From the NCBI GenBank assembly GCA_951406725.2, contig OX597820.1, forward strand, positions 38,006,001-38,070,000: DNA of 64,000 nt, in the 5' to 3' direction. This DNA is from Octopus vulgaris. Lineage: Eukaryota. Positions within the stretch are counted from its first letter, which is position 1, and each line of letters starts with the position of its first letter. The notes under the pieces are model-generated. The model ran no database searches. It worked only from the letters and a program-made list of their open reading frames with translations, and had not been told where the DNA came from. Shown one piece after another: positions 27,061 to 38,044 of this stretch. The translations under genes were made by a program, and so were the position numbers.

Positions 27061-27111
27061 CGATATATATATATATATATATATATTCTTTTTCTTTTTC
27101 CCCTTTTCAAG

Positions 27112-27397
27112 CCTAACCAGGCTCATGGGCTCGGTTTCCCGGTTTCTGTGGCGTATGTGTTCTCCCAAGCTGAACGGGACGCCTGACCATCGCAGCGTTA
27201 CTTAAGAAACAGGAAGAGAGAGTGAGAGAAAGTTGGGGCGAAAGAGTACAACAGGGGTGCCCCCCCCCTACCGGAGCATCGTGGAGCTTTAGGCGTTTTC
27301 GCTCAATAAACACACACAACGCCCGGTCTGGGAATCGAAACCGCGCGATCCTCCGATCGCGAGTCCCTTGCTCTAACCACTGGGCCATTGCGCCTCC
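27112..27397 (-). mobile_element. SINE with family C head and a different 3' body
   Basis: Head ~27262-27397 is the inverse of 26764-26900; the body differs (..ccagaaaccgggaaaccgagcccatgagcctgg). Confidence 0.85.
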
Positions 27398-27460
27398 CCG
27401 CCCCCACACATGTATATATCCTTTCTACTTATAGGCACAAGGCCTGAAATTTGGGGGATG

Positions 27461-27498
<38 letters not shown>

Positions 27499-27876
27499 CA
27501 TACATGTGTGTGTGTATTGCATATGTAGAATATATTGTTTGAAGTACTGTGAGAGTAATTTTGATTGATGTAGAAAGCCACTCCTATGCAAGTTTCAAAT
27601 AAAGAATTGAAAGAAACAAATGAGAGAAAAACGAAACATAAACATTGATTTATTCTTCTAATTTATATTTCACTGATTCGTATTTTAATATCTCGAAAAG
27701 TGTAAAAATAGACGACAGCTTAGAACTGTTCATCATAGATCTGTGGTATTATGGGTTCTGGCTCTAAATTCTGTTAGCTTTAGTTCGTTCCTGTCTTTTC
27801 TTGATGGACGGAATTAGTGTATTAATAATGAACATCAGCTTAATCCTCGACAAACAATGTTCTGATCCTTGTCTAA

Positions 27877-28265
27877 GGCGGCGAGGTAGCAGAAAAAGCA
27901 CGCCTGGCCAAATACTTAGCGGTATTTCGTCTGCTGCTACGTTCTGAGTTCAAATTCCGCCGAGGTTGACTTTGCCTTTCATCCTTTCGGTGTCGATTAA
28001 ACAAGTACCAGTTACGCACTGGGGTCGATATAATCGACTTAATCCGTTTGTCCGTCCTTGTTTGTCCTCTCTGTGTTTAGCCCTTCGTGGGTAGTAAAGA
28101 AATAGGTATTTCGTATGTCTTTACGTTATGAGTTCAAATTCCGCCGAGGTCGACTTTGCTTTTCATCCTTTCATAAATTAAGTACCACTTGCGTACTGGG
28201 ATCGGTCTAATCAACAGGCACTCTCCCCCAAAATTTCGGGCCGTGTGCCTAGAGAGAAAGGAATA
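27877..28265 (+). mobile_element. SINE family A, dimeric
   Basis: Same head and body as 10916; the second unit restarts at aaagaaata|ggtatttcgt (~28105). Confidence 0.9.
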
Positions 28266-31004
28266 TTCCATTCCGTGTCTCTTTTAGTGATCTCAGTATA
28301 TTGGTTATGGCATTTCTGCGGATGTTTTGAGAGGAAGCCGCATTTGTAGGAATGTCGTCTCTCTCTGTCTCTGCTGCTCTCTCTCTATCTCTCTGTCTCT
28401 GCTGCTCTCTCTCTATCTCTCTGTCTGTATGTCTGTCTCTTTTTCTCCTTCTATCTCTTTATTTCTCTCTCTTTGTCTGTCAATGTTTGCCACCTCTGTT
28501 ACATACACAGATGTTACATACACAGATGTTTAGTATTACAATCGGCAAATGGGAGAAATAGAAATTAACATAGATTGCGTATAGTCATGTTGATGCAAAC
28601 AGGAAAAATAAAACTCAAAATATATGTGTATATTTTTATTAACATTTAGCAGAAGTAACCGAGTGATTCAACGTGCGAGAGTTTCGTAAGTTGGCACTTA
28701 TTAAAAACAAAGAGAGAAAAGCGTAACATAAAAAACGATTTAATCTTTTAATTTATATTACAGTAATTCGGATTTAATATCCCCCAAAAGGTAAAAATAG
28801 ATTACATGAGTTGATCTGTTCATCTGATATATATATATTTATATAATATATTTATATATATATGTAGGTCAGAAGTTAAGGGCAGTTACCATATTATTTC
28901 CTAGGGCCCGTGAGTTTAGTAAAAAGATGGAATTTTCAGGCAAAAATAACTGGAATATTTACAATACAGTGAATCCCGTAGAGACACCCCAGCTACCAGT
29001 TAAACAAGTTGATGGATTAAGTTAACCACTGAAATGTATTCCTTTCGATTTTCAGCTCCACATCTTTCTGCAGCCAAATTTACTTTTCATCGTGTCTTGA
29101 TGTTTAGGTTGCTCTCTACATTCATAATGCATAAGGAAGTTGCTGTGGCTCACTGCTAATCATTCAATGTTCCATTGACAACAGCTGAGTTAGTTGAAAT
29201 CGGGAAACACGTAAGAGTTATCTTGATATTGCACGTCATATGTAAGAGAAAGAGAATTGCAAATATTCCCATAAATATTGGCAAGCGTTGGCAGTAAAAT
29301 AGTGTTAATTAGCAACCGGGAAATAATAATAAAAAAAAGAACGCTAGAACAAATGGTTAAAAGATAAAGCCATCTCAAATATAATTTATACATCATGCTG
29401 AAGCAAACAAGAACGTTTACAGACACGCGTGCTACTAATTATTTTATCAAGCACACACCTATGTGTATTTTATTCAACACACCAGATATCAACTGTAACA
29501 CAAATACAAGTGGTTGCGAAGGCATAAAAGGTGACTATATAGAACTCTATTGATCTTTAACGAAAGATTAAATTTATCTTCGATCAGAGAAAACAACACA
29601 CTCCAATTTACTAACACTAACAGCGTGTATCACAGAGAAAGATGATGATAAGCAATAAACACGATGGTTGTGATAGTTATGTAGATGCCATCAAAGAGAA
29701 TAACAAAAAGTATTTTGATTATTCTTTGTAGTAGCTTCGATATATTTTGATAGACTTCAGAAGTGAAATACAGTACATAAAACGAACATCACTATATGTG
29801 TGTGTGCGCGAGGGCAAAAACAAAGAAATGTGATATAATATTTAGTTCATAAAATTTGTTCCCATATGAAATAAAAATTCTGAAAATTGTCTAAATCCTG
29901 TATTTAAATATTCTAATTTCAGTCTTTTACGGAGAGCTTATATTACTAGAGCTGAACAAGAGCGCAAGTATGTAGCTGATTATAATAAATATCTCACAGT
30001 TTTGGAGAATTGTACCAACACTTTGTTTTCCTTGAGTATTATGCTGTTTATTATTTTATGTTATATGAATCTCTTAGTGGTGATGTAAGTTATTCTTAGT
30101 ACTTTTATTAGGTGTGTATTAATGTTATAGAGCGAAATGGATTCTGTTTTATATTTGTTGTTTATCGCTGTTAAAATATATTGGTAGCTGATAGTTTTAG
30201 TGTATTTCTTAGGAGCAAGGCTTCATAGTAGGTGATATAATTTGAAAACGAACGAGAGGGAAAGAGAGTGAGAGAAATGTGTTGATCAGAGGGAAGGTAG
30301 GAAACAAGATAAGAGAGAAATTCACTATCTTTGGATTCCGGTTCATTGACGTATCAATTATTGATAAGACAGAGTTTGATAACTTGACATACGACCCCGA
30401 AATCAAATCCTCTGCCTGACAACACATAATCCGATTTAATCCTAATGCGAATGCAAGTTGTCTGAGTTGGGTGGCACTTTACAGGTTGCATGAGCTGAAC
30501 ATTGTCGGTTTCAGATTATTAGTTGGGGAAATATTATATAATGATGGTGTGTTGCAGGCTCCGTGGTGTAACCTGTCTTAAAATGTATTAAACTAGTCCG
30601 GTATATTTTTACTGTTGTTTGTTTCAACCAGGGGCTGTGTTCATGTTGCGGTTGATGTTTTTCATGAATCATTTAAGCATTTACAACTGATCCTGTCAGT
30701 ATATGTATATATACACACATATACATACGTACCTGTGAAAAGTTGTTTCCTTTTCTAACAAGTGTTTTGGTCAAGATACTTGCAAAATATTAGTCAAGCC
30801 ATGAAACTGATATCTCCAGTAAAGAACCCAGCATAGAATTTAGACTGCTATGAAAAACATTTTATTGCACCACATACACCACCCTCTTTTATTTATTATT
30901 GTCTTTATTGTTTTAAATACAAAAAACACTTAACACCCCTCATAAAGTAGCAATCTTCTTAGTTCCATGCTTCAACATATATTATGCTTCTCTAACCTTG
31001 TAGT

Positions 31005-31160
31005 AAGAATGATAATGTAGTAAGAGGCTTGCTTCCAACCCAGTTGGTATAGAGTTCAGTTACACTGCACGGCACGTTGGGCAAGTATCTTCATTTATAG
31101 TCCAGGATCGACCAAAGTCTTGTGAGTAGATTTGGTAGACGGAAACTGAAAGAAGCCAAA
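31005..31160 (+). mobile_element. SINE family B head
   Basis: gtagtaagaggcttgcttccaacc..gttcagt..ttgggcaagtatcttc..gtagacggaaactgaaagaagcc. Confidence 0.8.
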
Positions 31161-31328
31161 CGTATATTCTTTTATTCTTTTACTTATTTCAGTATTTGAC
31201 TGCGGCCATGAAGGAGCACCGTCTGGAGAGTTTTAGTCGGACAAATCGACCCTAGGACATATTTCTTAAGCTTAGTACTTATTCTATAGAAAAAATTTGT
31301 CGAAGTACTAAGTTAAGAGGATGTAAAC

Positions 31329-33040
31329 GTTGGTAGACTCAACAGGCGTATCGATTGAGGACCCTTATCCAGAGTCAATTATTTGCCGAGGCTTTTTCAA
31401 CTATTTTCAAACAAGATGATGGTCGTCAACCCCCTCCATTTGATAGATCGGTACCTCAAATGCTTCGATTGGTCATCACGCGGGACGAAGTCAAACGTGT
31501 TATTCAATGTCAACAAGGGTCACGGCCCTGACGGCATACACCCACGGGTTATCAAAGCGTTGGCTCCGGTCATCTGCGAGCCCTTAACACGTCTATTCAA
31601 TATGTCATTGGCGACGGGTGTTATACCTGCGGACTGGAGAACAGCGATAATCTGCCCAATTTTCAAGAAAGGGAGCCGCGAAGACCCGCTTAACTACCGA
31701 CCGGTTTCCCTTACATCAATAATCAGCAAGATGTTCGAAACCATCCTTAAGAAAAGTATGATGCTCCACCTCCAAAACACAGCCTCTATCTCTGATTCCC
31801 AACACGGCTTCGTGCCGAAGAGATCATGCTTGACCAACTTACTGGCAATGGAAGAATTGGTGACGCGCATCCTCGATGATAGTGATGTTGTTGACATCGT
31901 TTTATTGGACTTTGCCAAAGCTTTTGACTCGGTAAACCACCGCCTATTACTTGTCAAGCTTCAAGCATATAGTTTCCATCCGGATATTGTACGATGGGTT
32001 GGTGCCTTCCTCTCAGATCGCTCCTTCCAAGTCCAAGTTAATGGTTCGCTGTCCGACGTCTCCAGTGCGAGCAGTAGCGTGCCTCAAGGTTCAGTGCTTG
32101 GGCCCTTATTGTTCTTAGTCTTCATAAATGACTTGCCCGACGACCTCACGCAACACACCCTTATATTTGCCGACGATATCAAACTGGTCGCTCCTCGCGG
32201 TGATATAGAGGATCTTCGTCGATGGCTCCACCAAATTTGGAAGTGGTCTAACGAATGGGACCTGTGTCTGAACGTGTCAAAGTGCTGTCATCTGCCTGTT
32301 GGCTCTCCTCCTGCAACTCAACTTGATTTCGAGCCGGGTCGTCTGCTGCTGGAGAGGACCGATCAGGTAAAGGACCTGGGTATCTTGGTGGATTCCTCCT
32401 TTTCGCCTTCGGCCCAGTGCGTCCATGCTGCCAACAAAGCACGCGGAATTCTGTTCTTGATTCGACGGTCATTCGGAATGCTCACAGCAGCCATATTCCT
32501 ACCACTCTATGTCACGCTGGTGAGACCCATATTGGAGTACGGGATTCAAGCCTCTTCTCCTTATCTCCTCAAAGACATACAGCATCTCGAAAGAGTCCAG
32601 AAGCTGGCTACCCGCATGGTTCATGGTCTCAAAAATTTGTCCTACGAAGAAAGGCTGAGGACGCTCGACCTTTATTCTCTTGAAAAACGCCGCCGCCGTG
32701 GTGATCTCATTCTCGCCCACAACATCATAAGTGGAAAGTGTAACCTCTCGAAAGAGCTGTTCTTCACTCCTGCTCCAGAGCGTCGGCTGCGGGGTCATTC
32801 CGAAAAGCTCTATCTGCGACAATTTCATCTCAATCGAAGGAGAGGAGCTTTCTCCGTCCGGGTTGCGGATCCGTGGAACAAGCTGCCAGACGAGATGGTG
32901 AAGATGCCTCCCTTGACCTCAGGTGGCCTGAACTCTTTGCATGAACGCCACCCTGTACTTGGCTCCATGTCCCCCTGCATGGCCTTGCTGTTTGCTTTTG
33001 AGCCAAATTAACTAACTAACTAAACTAACTAACTAACTAA
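31329..33040 (+). mobile_element. 5'-truncated CR1-type LINE with (CTAA)n tail
   Basis: GC-richer block carrying the RT ORF and ending in taactaactaactaaactaactaactaactaa. Confidence 0.93.
31383..33011 (+). CDS. Non-LTR reverse transcriptase (CR1 group), partial ORF2
   Basis: KGHGPDGI, NYRPVSLTS, QHGF, LDFAKAFDSV, VPQGSVLGPLLF, FADD, RRRRGDLI, RGHSEKL, FSVRV..WNKLP. Confidence 0.93.
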   Translation: MPRLFQLFSNKMMVVNPLHLIDRYLKCFDWSSRGTKSNVLFNVNKGHGPDGIHPRVIKALAPVICEPLTRLFNMSLATGVIPADWRTAIICPIFKKGSREDPLNYRPVSLTSIISKMFETILKKSMMLHLQNTASISDSQHGFVPKRSCLTNLLAMEELVTRILDDSDVVDIVLLDFAKAFDSVNHRLLLVKLQAYSFHPDIVRWVGAFLSDRSFQVQVNGSLSDVSSASSSVPQGSVLGPLLFLVFINDLPDDLTQHTLIFADDIKLVAPRGDIEDLRRWLHQIWKWSNEWDLCLNVSKCCHLPVGSPPATQLDFEPGRLLLERTDQVKDLGILVDSSFSPSAQCVHAANKARGILFLIRRSFGMLTAAIFLPLYVTLVRPILEYGIQASSPYLLKDIQHLERVQKLATRMVHGLKNLSYEERLRTLDLYSLEKRRRRGDLILAHNIISGKCNLSKELFFTPAPERRLRGHSEKLYLRQFHLNRRRGAFSVRVADPWNKLPDEMVKMPPLTSGGLNSLHERHPVLGSMSPCMALLFAFEPN

Positions 33041-33749
33041 ACACATCAATACCGACTGTCAAGCGGTGCGCGCGCGTACAACACACATACATAAGCGATG
33101 GACTCCTTTCGGTTTTCGTCTACCAAATCCACTCACAAGGCTTTGGTAGGCGTGAGGCTATAGTAGAAGACACTTGCCCAAGGTTCCATGCAGTCTATGC
33201 ACACACACATATATATATAAGTATGTATGTGAGTCTTTATGTTTGTGTTGCTCCACTCCGCTTGACAGTATTGGCTTGTTTATGTCCTCGTAACTTAACG
33301 GTTTGACAAAGAGAAACTATATAAAATAAGTAGTTGGCTGAAAAATAGTTACTGGGGCCCTTTCTTCCTTCTAAATCCCTTTAAGCAGTGCTCCACCATG
33401 GCTGCTATCCAAAGACTGAAATAAGTAAAAAGTAAAACAAAAATAAGAAACGTTTATTTCATTCAAAAGCAAAGCGAAAAAGTTAAGGGTGAAAATATAA
33501 TATTTACAACCTTTTAGATATTAATTTTGAACATTATAACATAAAAGTGATACTCACAGATAGAACGCCTTTAACATAGGCCTTCTGGACCGGTGCCTAG
33601 CAAGAGCTGAAACAAAAGGAACAAGATCAAAATAATAATCTTGTTAATCTGTCTGATGTGGTTTTTGTAGAGTGAAACATTGGATTGTATTCTGGACTGC
33701 TGAAATCTACAAGCTGTATTCATTCTTTCTGTTTATTTTCTCTTATTCC

Positions 33750-33783
33750 TTTCTGTTGAGGAGCATAGGCTCAAAACGTAAAA
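33750..33783 (+). ncRNA. Degenerate minimal hammerhead (stem III essentially absent)
   Basis: ttt ctgttga g gagc atag gctc aaaa cg ta aaa; two core changes (A6>U, G12>A). Confidence 0.5.
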
Positions 33784-33937
33784 TTCTTTTTTTCATTTCC
33801 CCGAGCGGCAAACTAACACAATTGCTTGTTGTTCATACACTTGTCTTCGCTTTCTATAAATTTCAACTCCATCCATCCAACTTACGATGAAGGTAAGCAA
33901 AGTTTTCTTTAGAAGCGTTGAGATCTATTGAAAGATA

Positions 33938-34285
33938 TATTCTTAAATACAGAATAATGCTGATATAATATCATGAACAGGATATGTTATCCATATTTTG
34001 GATAACATATCCTGAAAATTCTGTCAGCGGCCAGCCATGAGACTCGAACTCACGATTACGCGTCAAGTGCTTTACCATTAAGCTAAACTGCCCAGTGGCA
34101 AATTGTTCTGCAATTTTAGGATTTATAAATCTAGCTTTATCAGACGCTAACCTTAAATCCAACTGCATAATCACAGGGATGTGAGTTCGAGTTTCATGAC
34201 TGGCCGCTGACAGATTTTTCTTCAAAATACGGATAAATTACTCTGTTCATGCCATTATATTAGCATTATTCTGCGTTTGAGAATA
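33938..34285. repeat. Inverted repeat cassette containing a tRNA-like head
   Basis: 33938-34053 vs 34181-34285 inverted. Minus strand 34093-34028 reads gggcagtttagcttaatggtaaagc..gtgagttcgagtctca..ctggcc. Confidence 0.85.
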
Positions 34286-34302
34286 AATTATTTCCTTATC
34301 TG

Positions 34303-34342
<40 letters not shown>

Positions 34343-34631
34343 TCTGTTGTGTTAGAAGTGGTGTACAGATATAATATTTACAGTCATTTAGATATTAATT
34401 TTGAACAACTTAACATAAAAGTGATACTCGCAGCTAGAACACCATTAAACATGGGCCTCCTGGACCGGTGCTGAGCAAGTGCTAAAGGAAAGGAACAAGA
34501 TCAAAATGATAATCCTGTTAAACTAAAACTGCCTGATGTTGCTTTTGTATAGTGAAATAATAAAATGAAGAAAATGGATAAAAATTTAATACAGATGTTT
34601 TTAATTAAAGACATTCAAATTCATACAAAGA

Positions 34632-34730
34632 AATTCCTACCTACAGCTGTTTCCTAACACAATTCTTTTATTTCAGAAATGAAATTCCATATTCGGAATC
34701 AGTGAATTGTGTATATCCCCAGGGAGAATT
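34632..34730 (-). ncRNA. Type I hammerhead fold with long stem II (A6>G variant)
   Basis: Minus strand: aattctcc ctgggga tat acacaattc ... gaattgtgt tag gaaa cagctg ta ggtaggaatt. Confidence 0.68.
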
Positions 34731-35418
34731 TCAAAAGGAAATTATTTAACAACGTCTCGATGATAAACTAATATACTTGGTTTTCATTGAATGCTGGTAT
34801 AAGCTGGTGAACTAGGATGCTCATATTCCTTAAGGGACTTTAGTTCCTTGACTAATCAAATGAAATATATATATATATATGCACATACATTTTTCGCACA
34901 CATACACACACGCACATACACACACACATATGTATTACCTATGTCATATATTTAATCTGTATGTGTTATTTATACACTTATTAGATAAAATATGTCATTC
35001 CGAGAAAGGTCGTTTAAGACACAGAATACACAGAAAGACACAGAATAGCTCAATACCAGGCGAAACGAGAATGGTAAATATCTATATTTCGTTATTGTTT
35101 CAGGACATCAGCACCGTATAAACAAGACACCCCGGAACAAATTCGAATCGCAGGTCTGAACTATAAATGCAAATAGTACAAAATCTATCTGCTGATAGGT
35201 TTTCTCAACAACCAGTACATAAAACAAAATTAAATATCGATATCCGCCTGGATATATATATATATATTTAAGTAGGTGAATGAATTATCCTATGTTTATC
35301 GTCAGCATGGAAAATTAATTTAACCGAAACCTGGGTAGTAAATTCACGTCAGAAACACGGTTGAAGCGACCTGTCAAGGGTAGAAACTCCGGGTTCATGT
35401 GCAGAAATGTGTGCGTTG

Positions 35419-35621
35419 TATATGAATAAATGAAAGAATGGAGTCGAACGAAGATGTTAACAAAATTCCTTTACTCTCGACACATGTTCCTTCTTTCCTG
35501 ATGAGAAGATTTCATAATGCGCCCTTTATTCCTTTGGAATGAAAACATGCTGTCTTCGAAACATGTGTCGAGAGTAAAGGAATTTTGTTAACATCTTCGT
35601 TCGACTCCATTCTTTCATTTA

Positions 35622-35629
<8 letters not shown>
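35419..35629. repeat. 70-bp inverted repeat cassette
   Basis: 35419-35488 is the reverse complement of 35560-35629; followed by (TA)n. Confidence 0.95.
35493..35574 (+). ncRNA. Type I hammerhead ribozyme with canonical core and long stem II
   Basis: ctttc ctgatga gaaga ... tcttc gaaa c atgt g tc gagag; predicted cleavage after GUC at 35569. Confidence 0.88.
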
Positions 35630-35672
<43 letters not shown>

Positions 35673-35692
35673 ATGTGTGTGTGTATTTGTGC

Positions 35693-35729
<37 letters not shown>

Positions 35730-35730
<1 letters not shown>

Positions 35731-37265
35731 GAGGTAATGGTGACATTGAGACCCAAAGGTGTCAGGTAATGCTGAATAAGTGCTATAGAGAGACAATAGT
35801 TAAGTTCCAGATTCGGTAATATTACGAATATAGGCAAGTATTTCTTAGCACTGATAGATAGGCAGCTTCCAGTCAACCATAGTTAGAGAAAGCTTTTCAA
35901 TAGACATAACCTAAAAATCAGTTTCAGCTCAACTACTAATTTGAAAAATATAATCGCACTCACCACACAAAAACCACAATATGAAACCAGCTGTTCATGC
36001 AGGGATAAAAATTTGTGCCTGCTAAATGGAGCTAGCATATCCGAGACCATCATTTATGAAGCCATCGTGGACTCTATATCCAATAAAGACACGGTTTCGA
36101 TGAAGAAATACGTGTGCCGTACAGAGGGTAATTTCAAGGCCAGGTTCAATAATCACACCTTGAGCTTCAGGCACTGCGATAAAAGGAAAACGACCAAATT
36201 ATCCAGTCATATATGGTCCTTAAAAGATAAAGGTGTCAGTTACAACATCCATTGGAAGATCTTAGCCAAGTGTAAGCCCTACACCAACGGCAGTGGAAAC
36301 GGCGGTCTTTGTGATATGGAAAGATAGCACATCTGGAAAAGCAGCTTAGACCCCGCAACATGTCTAAATTCAAGAACTCAACTTTTCGGATCATATCCAC
36401 ATGTAGCTAAATATTTGTTACGTTTTTGGTACCCCCGAGATTACAGATAGGACTTGCTTTCTATATTGTGTTCACATACAAGCTTTTTATCTTTATTTTT
36501 TACTTATATTTCTTATATATTTTTTATATATATTTATGTTTTTTTTTACATATTTATACAAATATTGTTTATTGCTCATATATTTTTACACATATTTTTT
36601 CTATATTATACCTTCCACCCTGCATTTTCCCTGTGCGTATATAGACGTGTATATGGAATCCTTTGTGAGCGCGTGTGGATGTGTGAGTGCGTGTGGGTAT
36701 GTGCGTATATAGACGTGTGTGTTTGCGTGCATGCGAGTATGTGCGTGTATAGACGTGTTTTACTCTTATTGCTTATTTTTTTACACTTTTTTACAAATTT
36801 TTCTGTATTTTGCGTTTAGCCCTGTGTTTTCTTGTGCATGTGCGTATATAGATGTATGCACGAACCTTTTCTGTGCGCGTGTGTGCGTGGGTGTGAGCGT
36901 GTATGCGGGTATGTATATATTTTTTGGCGAATGTGTGGGTGAGCATGTGTTTCCAGTGAGGGTGGATGAGTATATACTTATAGGCGCATGTACATGGGTG
37001 TGCGGGCGCACATATGTAGGTATGGACGTGAATACTATGATAATTTAACTACTTTACCTTTTCTCCCTCACCTCACTTAGCGGTAATTCTAATAGGTCTT
37101 TTGTCTTAATAACGGTCAACCAAACAGTAATTTCCCTTTGTTTAACAGTCATTTTCATTGCAGTTTTTCGATGGGCGGATAACTGAAGAGATGGTGGCGT
37201 GGTTTTCCGCCCGGACATCCAAAACTCGGAGTTTTATCATGGCTACCAAATAACTGTCACATATT
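35730..37265 (+). mobile_element. 5'-truncated Penelope-like element: linker, GIY-YIG endonuclease, 3' region with HHR
   Basis: TNIGKYFL.LID..KLFNRHNLKISFS; ORF 35941-36327 CSCRDKNLC.LNG..IIYEA.V..KYV.RTEGNFKARFNNH..LSSHIWSLK..WKIL; HHR fold at 37178. Confidence 0.9.
37178..37238 (+). ncRNA. Hammerhead fold at the 3' end of a Penelope-like element (G12 mutated)
   Basis: gataa ctgaaga gatg ... catc c aaaa ctc g gag tt ttatc. Confidence 0.7.
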
Positions 37266-37272
37266 ATATTTT

Positions 37273-37315
<43 letters not shown>

Positions 37316-37960
37316 GCATATGTGGGCACAGGACGTCGCAAAACATGTACAGCAAAATATACGAAGTACGAGTACATGGAATATGAAATATTAGAACAAT
37401 GAAAAAACAAATGGAAACCAAGACAAGCAGCATAAAGAACGACCCCCCATCACTTGTTGGCTGTTTTCCTACGCTCGTATTTTGAGCATATAACAACAAT
37501 ATACGCTTTCGATAAGAAAGTTGGTCCCGCAAAGAAAATTAAATAAATTTGGGATTTTTGCGGAGGGTCAAAATTGGCAACACAAACAGGATAGTGAAAA
37601 CAAACAGGAACGGCTGCTAAGCCTAAACGAGGCCGTGGTGGCGAACGCGTAAATCAAGCTTGTACAGGAGACAGACAAGAACATGTCTTCCTTGTTCCAG
37701 CTACAATGGAGAGACAGAAAGAAACACAAGTTAGGTGAAGAAAGATGGCCGATGACCACGTGGGAGCTACGTGAGCAAGGAAAGATCAGTGAGGGAGAAG
37801 AGGAGGTAAAAGAATAAGAGAGTGAAAGAGTAAAAAGATCGTATAGAGTGCGCATTAGAATTATTGAGATAAAATTTACTTGGAAGAGGATGCGTGGCAT
37901 TCAATCATATAATAATATAAATAATATATATATATTCAGGTATATATGCATGTATATATG

Positions 37961-38044
<84 letters not shown>

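Larger units (their letters stand above)
31165..33195 (-). mobile_element. SINE family B copy split by a CR1 insertion
   Basis: SINE runs to ..ggatgtaaac (31328) and resumes at acatcaataccg..gtcaagcgg (33043). Confidence 0.85.
33495..34557 (+). repeat. Diverged direct repeat pair of ~185 bp (33495-33677 and 34369-34557)
   Basis: Shared atataatatttaca..tttagatattaattttgaaca..aaaagtgatactc..ctggaccggtgc..ggaacaagatcaaaat..ctgatgt..gtgaaa. Confidence 0.9.

Noticed and set aside
29057-29210. Candidate exon with ttttcag and gtaag signals
   Set aside because: Stops in all three frames.
31694-32828. Overlapping and antisense ORFs inside the CR1 RT
   Set aside because: Shadow frames of a GC-richer coding sequence.
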